Below, one piece after another: positions 25,227 through 32,000 of a stretch of 32,000 bases of DNA. The stretch is taken from positions 1,530,001 to 1,562,000 of the forward strand of contig CP178758.1 of the NCBI GenBank assembly GCA_047651235.1. Direction: 5' to 3'. Below the pieces are notes generated by a model that ran no database searches, was not told the DNA's origin, and saw nothing but the letters and a program-made list of their open reading frames with translations. Numbering within the stretch: position 1 is the stretch's first letter; every line of letters starts with the position of its first letter. A program made the translations under genes and the position numbers. This DNA is from Candidatus Electrothrix yaqonensis. Its GTDB lineage: Bacteria; Desulfobacterota; Desulfobulbia; Desulfobulbales; Desulfobulbaceae.

Positions 25227-26048
25227 ATGAAAAACGAGATGGAAACAAACCTTCCCTGGCAGATACGCATGTTCCGCAAGACGCTGAAAAAGCAGATGCG
25301 GCTGAAGGAGCTGACCGGACTTCTGGGTACTATTCAACCGGAGGAAAAATGTCTGCTGGTCACCTGCGGGGATAATAATGGAGCAATGAATTATTTTCTG
25401 CGCGAGCTCGGCGGCACATGGTCCTGGTCGGAACTGGAGCCCCAGTCCATCGATGAAATGCGGCAGCTGCTCGGAGAAGAGGTGCAGCAGGATTCTTTTG
25501 ACAAACTGCATTTCCCTGACCGGCATTTTGACCGGGTGGTTTCCATTGACTGCCTGGAGCATATTGAAGACCCGTATGTGTTTACCCGTGAACTCCATCG
25601 GATCTGTAAAACCGGCGGTCAGGTCATCATCACCATTCCCGGCGGAGACCAGAAGAAGATCGTCAATAAACTGAAAAATATGGTCGGCATGACCAAGGAG
25701 GAATACGGCCATGTCCGCGACGGCCTGACAGTTGCTGAACTGGAGCCGATCATGACCGGTGCCGGGTTTGAACCGAACAGGCGGGTGACTTTTTCCCGTT
25801 TCTTTACCGAAATGGTCGAGCTGTCCATCAACGTCCTGTATGTCAAGGTGCTGGCGAAAAAGAGCGAGGCAAAAGTGGAGCAGGGCACCATTGCTCCTGC
25901 CACCGAAGATCAGCTGAAATCAGTTGCAAAACAGTATCGGATGTATGCCGTTGTGTACCCTATTTTCAAAGCCATCTCCTCGCTGGATGTCCTGCTGAGC
26001 TGCTCTGAGGGCTACGTCACTATGGTGGAAGGGAGACGCAATGACTGA
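25227..26048 (+). CDS. Class I SAM-dependent methyltransferase (Methyltransf_11-like)
   Basis: 273 aa. Contains LLVTCGDNNG, FDRVVSIDCLEHIEDP and CKTGGQVIITIP. The stop overlaps the start of the downstream epimerase by 8 nt. Confidence 0.75.
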   Translation: MKNEMETNLPWQIRMFRKTLKKQMRLKELTGLLGTIQPEEKCLLVTCGDNNGAMNYFLRELGGTWSWSELEPQSIDEMRQLLGEEVQQDSFDKLHFPDRHFDRVVSIDCLEHIEDPYVFTRELHRICKTGGQVIITIPGGDQKKIVNKLKNMVGMTKEEYGHVRDGLTVAELEPIMTGAGFEPNRRVTFSRFFTEMVELSINVLYVKVLAKKSEAKVEQGTIAPATEDQLKSVAKQYRMYAVVYPIFKAISSLDVLLSCSEGYVTMVEGRRND

Positions 26049-27030
26049 ACGCAGCAAAAATATACTGGTTACCGGGGCAGGCGGTTTTCTGGGCTGGCAC
26101 ACGGCCAATTATTTTTCCGGCCTCGGGCATCAGGTCGACGGCATGGATATCCACTTCCCGGATCAGCCTGTTGACGGACGGAATCCGTTATTCAACATAC
26201 TGGAACAGGATTTCCGGGATTGGAGCCGGACAGAAAAGGCGCTTGCCGAGAAAGATGTTGTTTTTCATCTTGCCAGCGCCCATCTGCAGATCAGCCTCGG
26301 GGAAAGCGAGTACTGGGATATTAACGTGCATGGTCTGCGTACTTTGCTGGAGAAGGCGCATCAGACCGGGGTCCGGCGCTTTGTCCACATCAGCTCGGTG
26401 GGCGTGTACGGCAAACTTGCTGCTGTACCGGCGGATGAAAACACCCCCTGTCACCCCCAGTCCATCTACGGGGAGACCAAATTGGCCGGGGAAAAAGAGG
26501 TGGTTGCCTTCTGCAGAGAATCCGGCATGGACTATGTTATCCTGCGACCGGCCTGGATTTACGGGCAGGGCTGCCCGAGGACCGCCAAGCTGCAGCGGAT
26601 GCTCAAAAAAAAGCGTTTCATCATGATCGGTAAAGGGGAAAACAAACGGCACCCCATGTACATCAAAGATATGCTGGAGAGCTTCCGGCTGGCAATGGAG
26701 CGGGATGAGGCAGTGGGGAAAATGATGATCATCGGCGGCGATCAGATCGTCACCACCCATGAGCTGGTCTCCGCTTTTTCCTCTGTCCTGAACCTACCCA
26801 AGCCGCTGGTCACGCTGCCGTACCCGTTGGGAGCAGCTCTGGCCGCTGCTGCGGAAACCCTGTTCGGCCTCATCGGCAAGGAACCGCCTGTTTCCCGGCG
26901 CACGCTGGAATTCTTTAATACCGACAACGGATTTGATATCAGCAAATCAAAAAGAATCCTGAACTTCACGCCGCAGTATACCCTGAAACAGGGACTGAGG
27001 GATTACGCGGAAGGCATCAGCACTTTTTAA
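26041..27030 (+). CDS. NAD-dependent epimerase/dehydratase (extended SDR)
   Basis: 329 aa. ILVTGAGGFLGWH (Rossmann GxxGxxG) and the YGETKLAGE catalytic YxxxK. Confidence 0.85.
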   Translation: MTERSKNILVTGAGGFLGWHTANYFSGLGHQVDGMDIHFPDQPVDGRNPLFNILEQDFRDWSRTEKALAEKDVVFHLASAHLQISLGESEYWDINVHGLRTLLEKAHQTGVRRFVHISSVGVYGKLAAVPADENTPCHPQSIYGETKLAGEKEVVAFCRESGMDYVILRPAWIYGQGCPRTAKLQRMLKKKRFIMIGKGENKRHPMYIKDMLESFRLAMERDEAVGKMMIIGGDQIVTTHELVSAFSSVLNLPKPLVTLPYPLGAALAAAAETLFGLIGKEPPVSRRTLEFFNTDNGFDISKSKRILNFTPQYTLKQGLRDYAEGISTF

Positions 27031-28711
27031 GCATTTCAATGGCAAACAGACGGCGCAGGAGATTAAGGAGCAAAGCCGGGGGCATCTGCGGCTGATCCTC
27101 CACCTGTCTGAACCACTGGTCCAGGATATCAACCGTCTGGTCCATGACTGCCGGATCATAATATATTCGATTGTTCCGCGTTGTCACGTTGCAGTCATGA
27201 TTTGCCCGCTTTAAGGTATGATATTCTTTCGGCCAGGATGTTCTGCAGTAATACCATTGCAGAAAGCGTTTCTCCGGTCCGGATTCACGTTCTCCGTCCA
27301 GAAAGAGGACCGGTTTATGACGCCAGCCGGAAAAGTAGGGCAGAAAATGCACCATATCCCGCTCCAGAATCTGCTGCCGCCAGACCTCCTTGGTGAACCA
27401 ATCCGGAAACCGGTGCTTATTGTACACGGTTTTTCGAACATGGTGCGCCCAATACCAGAAAAAATCCACGTCCGGCTGAAAGTGAAACCTTTCGTGAACC
27501 ATGCGGGGCGGCCCGATCAGGGCCATGGATCGGACAGCTCCTGCCGTGCTTCCGACACTGATTGCCGGATCAGCACCCATGGAATGCCCCACCAGATGAA
27601 GTCTATTCTCATCTACCCCTGACTGCTGACGCAGGAACTGCAGCCCGGAAACAGCATCCTCATGCAGGGCAAATCCCCTGCGATTTCCTGCAATAAACGG
27701 ATCGGCTGATTTTCCATGTCCGGCAAAGTCCATTGCCAGTACCACGTATCCCCTGCGGGCAAGTTCTGCACCCAGAACGCGATAAAGCGGGACATTGCTC
27801 CCTTGCGGATAATTGCCGTGCAGGAGCAGAACCGCCGGTTGTTTGCCGTCCCCTTCTGTAGTATAGAGCAAACCGGCAAGGGGCAGGCCATCCTCCTGCC
27901 GTTGAAAGGTAACCGATTGTGCTGAAAGGTCGAACGGATAGGGGATAAAATTATGCTCTCCCGGATCTTCGCCCAAGGAATTCTTTCCCTCGAAATGCCA
28001 TAACAGCACGCCTCCGGCAAGCCCTGCTGCGCCGAAGAAAAGAAACAGCAAGTGCAGAGAACGCAAGGCGGCGGAGAACAGCCTGCTGTTCTGCCGGGTT
28101 CTTCCGGTAACAGCAGGAAAGATGCGTACGGCAGGAGGGCGGAACAGGAAAAGAAGAAGCTGAAGGATACAGTAGAATATGCAGGTCAGTGCAAGAGCGG
28201 GCAGGATCCTGAATCCGTAATGATTTGGGAGTGACGGGAAAAAATCGAAGGATAACTGGGGGTCGGCTCCTTTGATTTTTACCTGCACACCCTGTCTGTC
28301 TGTCCGGACCACCTCGACGTTGTTCAGGGCGGTCAGATGACTTGGATTCAGCGGACGGATCGTGACAGTATGCCTGCCTTCAATTGCCATATCGACAATT
28401 CTGATATCTGCATCCGGATCGATACGGAGAGCAGAAATATGCCGGGCCGGGACAGTAAAATACAGTGACTTCAGGCCGTCTCCGCTTCCTGTTTTTTTGA
28501 TTTCACTGTATTTTTCCTGAAAACTCCCTTCTATCTTGAAATAGACCTGAATGTTGACCTGCTGCTCTGCAGCCAGCTTCAGAAAAAGAAGACAGGGACG
28601 TCGGTATGTATTTCCCAGAACTGCGGTCAACGAAAATGCCGACACCAAGGCTGTCAGCAGACAGAGTCCGCAGGGTTGACCGGCAAAAGAAAAAAAACGA
28701 AAACGGGACAT
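27017..28711 (-). CDS. Membrane protein with an N-terminal beta-rich extracytoplasmic-like domain, TM segments and a C-terminal alpha/beta-hydrolase domain
   Basis: 564 aa. Contains VLLLHGNYPQGS, LAMDFAGHGKS and the nucleophile elbow VGHSMGA, plus hydrophobic helices around residues 170-250. Its 3' end converges on and overlaps the epimerase gene by 14 nt. Confidence 0.7.
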   Translation of the reverse strand: MSRFRFFSFAGQPCGLCLLTALVSAFSLTAVLGNTYRRPCLLFLKLAAEQQVNIQVYFKIEGSFQEKYSEIKKTGSGDGLKSLYFTVPARHISALRIDPDADIRIVDMAIEGRHTVTIRPLNPSHLTALNNVEVVRTDRQGVQVKIKGADPQLSFDFFPSLPNHYGFRILPALALTCIFYCILQLLLFLFRPPAVRIFPAVTGRTRQNSRLFSAALRSLHLLFLFFGAAGLAGGVLLWHFEGKNSLGEDPGEHNFIPYPFDLSAQSVTFQRQEDGLPLAGLLYTTEGDGKQPAVLLLHGNYPQGSNVPLYRVLGAELARRGYVVLAMDFAGHGKSADPFIAGNRRGFALHEDAVSGLQFLRQQSGVDENRLHLVGHSMGADPAISVGSTAGAVRSMALIGPPRMVHERFHFQPDVDFFWYWAHHVRKTVYNKHRFPDWFTKEVWRQQILERDMVHFLPYFSGWRHKPVLFLDGERESGPEKRFLQWYYCRTSWPKEYHTLKRANHDCNVTTRNNRIYYDPAVMDQTVDILDQWFRQVEDQPQMPPALLLNLLRRLFAIEMLKKC

Positions 28712-28749
28712 GCAATGAGTATACAGGAAATACGGAAAATACGGAAACG

Positions 28750-29679
28750 TTACCTTTTCCTTCCGATTGCCAGCTTTTTCCGCAGCCTGTATTTGATTGC
28801 CGCAGCAAGCAGATACGCCTGTTCACGCACACTTGGCTCCCCCTGTCCGGCAAGCTCGGCCCGGACCTGATCCAGCTCATCCCTGAGTTCCAGCAGCCGG
28901 TCCGTTCCAGCAGCAGCAAGTTTTCTGTATTCTCTGGGCAGGGCTGCCAGCATATATTTGCGGATGATTTCCAGATCCTGCTGCCGTCCGATGACGGCGG
29001 CCTCGCTCAGGGTGTTGCCGTCATGAATCCGGTAATAGAGCAGCCTTTCATCATCCAGGTAGTGCACCTGACCGGGAAAAGCCAGCATCATCCGGAAAAT
29101 ATAGTCATAATCGTGCAGATAACGCAGGGAGCAGAATTTTCCCACCTGCTGTACCGCCTCAGCGGTCATGAACAGGTTGGAGGTGGTGACCATAAAATTC
29201 CCTTTCAGGAAACCGGTATACAGATCACCGCAGGCAAAGTACCTGTTCCGGTTTTTCCGATGCCAGATATTCCAGCCGAAATTCGGATCCGTGAATTCCT
29301 CGCCTGCATCAGAGATCGGAATGACATCGGTGAACAGACAGGCTGCTCCGGTTTTCCGCTGCAGGGTGACCAGTTTTTCCAGACGGTCGGTGGTATAGAT
29401 GTCGTCCGAATTGAGGATGGCAATATAGTCTCCCTTAGCCATTCCCAGGCCCCGGTTGATGGTGTTGAAGGCGTCCTGGTTCTCCTGATAATAATAGGAA
29501 AGCCGAGGATCGGTATAGCCCTGCACCACGGCACCAGTTGCATCGGTTGAACCGTCGTCGATGACGATCAGCTCCAGATCGCGCCACGTCTGGTTCAGCA
29601 CGGAATCAATAGCCGGGCCGATGAACCGTTCATGGTTATACGCGGGAATGATAACAGAGATCAGCGGATCGTTTTTCAT
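28750..29679 (-). CDS. Family 2 glycosyltransferase
   Basis: 309 aa. ISVIIPAYNHERFIGPAIDSVLNQTWRDLELIVIDDGSTD and ILNSDDIY (DxD-type motifs). Confidence 0.85.
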   Translation of the reverse strand: MKNDPLISVIIPAYNHERFIGPAIDSVLNQTWRDLELIVIDDGSTDATGAVVQGYTDPRLSYYYQENQDAFNTINRGLGMAKGDYIAILNSDDIYTTDRLEKLVTLQRKTGAACLFTDVIPISDAGEEFTDPNFGWNIWHRKNRNRYFACGDLYTGFLKGNFMVTTSNLFMTAEAVQQVGKFCSLRYLHDYDYIFRMMLAFPGQVHYLDDERLLYYRIHDGNTLSEAAVIGRQQDLEIIRKYMLAALPREYRKLAAAGTDRLLELRDELDQVRAELAGQGEPSVREQAYLLAAAIKYRLRKKLAIGRKR

Positions 29680-29758
29680 GAATTCTGCAAGCCGGTGAAC
29701 TGGGTGAACAGATATACTGCAGGATACATAAGCGGTTATGCGATAATACTCAGGGCGT

Positions 29759-29786
29759 AAAAAAGGGATACGCAGCGCGCATCCCT
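29759..29786 (-). terminator. Rho-independent terminator downstream of secDF
   Basis: On the minus strand: AGGGATGCGC-GCT-GCGTATCCCT (one mismatch) followed by T6, 25 nt after the secDF stop. Confidence 0.75.
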
Positions 29787-29811
29787 GATTAATCGTCGTT
29801 TAGATTGTCGC

Positions 29812-32000
29812 TTATCGCTTCTTCAGAGACAGAAGAGGGCTGGCAATAAAGATGGAGGAGTAGGTTCCCACCATCACGCCAGCCAGCAGAGCAAAAGAAA
29901 AATCGTGGATAGCGGAACCGCCGAAAAAGAACAGGGCAATCAGAACCAAGCCGGTGGTCAGCGAGGTGACAATACTGCGGCCTAGGACATCGTTGATGCT
30001 GATATTGATCAGTTCGTCAAAAGGTTTGTCATGCAGTTTGCCCATGTTTTCCCGGATTCTGTCAAACACCACCACCGAGTCGTTGAGCGAGTAGCCAGCC
30101 AGGGTGAGCAGGGCCGTGACCAGGAGCAGATTCACCTCAACATCGATCAGCCAGCAGATGCCGAGTACAACTAGGACATCGTGGAAGGTGGCAGCGGCCG
30201 CAGCCAGTCCGAAGCTGAAATCAAAACGGAGGGCAAGATAGAAAAGGACACCAAGCAGGGAGATGGCAATGGCCTCAATCGCCTTGTTGCGCAGCACCTC
30301 AGAAATTGAAGAGCCGATCTCCGACTGGCTCTCCAGGACAAAGCTGTTGCCCTGCTGCCCGGCCAGCAGAGCAGTAATCTCGTCGCCGAAATGCCCGACC
30401 GTATCTTCAGATTTTTTGATTTTGACGATCAGGCGATTTTCCCCGGTCACTTCCTGCAGATCAATATCGCCGAACCCCTTCTCTTTCAGCAGGGAACGGA
30501 CCTCATCCAGCGGAAAGGATTTCTCCGCCTTATACTGGAGCATGGAACCGCCGGAAAAGTCAACCCCGAGATTGGCCTTGCCGAGCAGGATCTCAACAAA
30601 GGACACTGTGCCGAAGATCACCAGAAGGGCTGATACAGTGAAGGCGATTTTTCTGATGCCCATGAAGTTAAAATTCGGTTTTTTGACAAAACGCATGAAC
30701 CGCAGCTCACGTAGTTTGCGGCCGCTGAACAGCCAGTCGTACATGAGCCGGCTGCAGAAGAGTACGGCAAAGAGATTGAAGATAATCCCCAGGGACAGGG
30801 TAATGGCAAAGCCCTTGATCGGCCCGGTACCGAAGAGAAACAGGGCCAGCGCCGTGATCAGCGTGGTGACCTGGGAATCGACAATGGACCAGAACGCCTT
30901 GTCAAAACCTGTATCCACTCCAGACCGCACGGATTTCCCCAAGGCGAACTCCTCCCGCATCCGCTCGAAGATCAGAACATTGGCATCAACCGCCATACCG
31001 ATGGACAGGATGATACCGGCAATACCGGGCAGGGTCAGGGTGGCCCCGAGCATAGCCAGTCCGGCAAAGAGGAACAGGATGTTCAGAGCCAGAGAAAGAT
31101 CAGCAAACACCCCGGAAAGCCGGTAGTAGATAATCATGAAGACCAGGACCATCAGGGCACCGAACAGACCGGATGTCAGGCCCTTGCTGATGGAGTCGTG
31201 GCCCAGGCTGGCACCCACGGTCAGGTTCTGGATAATTTCCACCGGAGCGGGCAGAGCACCGACCCGGAGAACAATAGCCAGATCGCTGGCCTCTTCGTGG
31301 GTGAAGCTCCCGGAAATCTGGGCGGAACCCCCGATAATCCGTTCCCGGATCACCGGGGCTGAACGCACGACCCCATCCAGGACAATGGCCAGCCGCCTCT
31401 GGACATTTTTTTCCGTAATGTTGCCAAAAATTTTGCCGCCCCGACCGGTGAGATCAAGACTGACATAAGGTTCGTTGAACTGGCCGCCGATCCTGGGCTG
31501 GGCATTTTTGACCATGTCTCCGGTCATCAGGATCGGGCTTTCCAGGAGCATGGGAACCTTGCTCTCTTTTTTGGTCTGCGGATCAACGAGCCGCTGAAAG
31601 GAGATTTCTGTTCCCTTGGGCAGGCTTCCCTGCAGGGCAAGGTTGAGCTGTTTCGGCTCATCGTCTTCTTTCCATTGGCCGCCAGCAATGGCCTGGGCAA
31701 CAAGACCCTTCAGATCCAGGCCGCTGTCCTCGGCAACGATCTTGAATTCCAGCTGGGCAGTCTGGCCGATCAGATCCAGAGCCCGGTCGGGATCTTTGAC
31801 ACCGGGCAGCTGGACCACGATTTCATCTTCACCCTGGCGGATGATCACCGGCTCGGCCACACCGAACTGATCAATCCGGTTCCGGATGATCTCCAGCGAC
31901 TGGGCTACAGCATTTTTGCGGATAAATTGTATTTCATCATCCGTGAGTTTCAGGGTGATCCGAGGGAAACTCCCTTCTTCCGCCTCTACGTCAATATCCA
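29812..32000 (-). CDS. secDF: Fused protein-export membrane protein SecD/SecF (5' end beyond the window)
   Basis: The frame stays open from 29812 to the window end. The SecD motifs are RNRIDQFGVAEPVIIRQGEDEIVVQLPGVKDP and LDGVVRSAPVI. A SecF-like half follows in the same ORF (FNFMGIRK...GVDFSGGSMLQY...). Confidence 0.93.
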   Translation of the reverse strand, partial: DIDVEAEEGSFPRITLKLTDDEIQFIRKNAVAQSLEIIRNRIDQFGVAEPVIIRQGEDEIVVQLPGVKDPDRALDLIGQTAQLEFKIVAEDSGLDLKGLVAQAIAGGQWKEDDEPKQLNLALQGSLPKGTEISFQRLVDPQTKKESKVPMLLESPILMTGDMVKNAQPRIGGQFNEPYVSLDLTGRGGKIFGNITEKNVQRRLAIVLDGVVRSAPVIRERIIGGSAQISGSFTHEEASDLAIVLRVGALPAPVEIIQNLTVGASLGHDSISKGLTSGLFGALMVLVFMIIYYRLSGVFADLSLALNILFLFAGLAMLGATLTLPGIAGIILSIGMAVDANVLIFERMREEFALGKSVRSGVDTGFDKAFWSIVDSQVTTLITALALFLFGTGPIKGFAITLSLGIIFNLFAVLFCSRLMYDWLFSGRKLRELRFMRFVKKPNFNFMGIRKIAFTVSALLVIFGTVSFVEILLGKANLGVDFSGGSMLQYKAEKSFPLDEVRSLLKEKGFGDIDLQEVTGENRLIVKIKKSEDTVGHFGDEITALLAGQQGNSFVLESQSEIGSSISEVLRNKAIEAIAISLLGVLFYLALRFDFSFGLAAAAATFHDVLVVLGICWLIDVEVNLLLVTALLTLAGYSLNDSVVVFDRIRENMGKLHDKPFDELINISINDVLGRSIVTSLTTGLVLIALFFFGGSAIHDFSFALLAGVMVGTYSSIFIASPLLSLKKR

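Noticed and set aside
28606-31126. Plus-strand ORFs of 314 aa and 287 aa opposite the GT2 gene and secDF
   Set aside because: They are antisense to CDSs with clear family motifs, and their translations have no recognisable domain features.

Overview
The window is a bacterial chromosomal segment, judged by eye at roughly 50% GC, and it falls into two very different parts.

**Accessory region (1-12.2 kb).** This part is heavily invaded by insertion sequences.
- It holds three defective copies plus one 3' remnant of an IS701-family element.
- It holds two copies of an IS630-family element, each associated with a 107-bp MITE present in three copies.
- It also holds an IS5-family (DDE_Tnp_4-type) element and a remnant of an IS200-like TnpA.
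- Between these elements lie a methyltransferase/nitroreductase cargo (1.1-4.2 kb) and four type II toxin-antitoxin modules: VapBC x2, HigBA and BrnTA.
- A solitary Cas6-family (PF10040-like) gene is translationally coupled to a HicB-like ORF.

**Main lead.** A 37-41 nt hairpin repeat with CRISPR-repeat-like architecture occurs four times. Each copy has the same orientation as the TA cassettes it brackets, and the last copy lies 64 bp from the orphan cas6. No canonical CRISPR array or other cas gene is present.

**Housekeeping backbone (12.3-32 kb).**
- The backbone carries uvrA, pgeF/yfiH, a trmJ-like gene, rnr, a long RelA/SpoT homolog and a fused secDF.
- It is interrupted by one IS copy.
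- It is also interrupted by a 5.9-kb glycan/lipid-modification island encoding a sulfotransferase, methyltransferase, epimerase, membrane alpha/beta-hydrolase and GT2. This island abuts the decayed 5' end of a trkH/ktrB-like gene.

**Limits.** No rRNA or tRNA genes were recognised. All family assignments come from motif recognition by eye; no database search was run.
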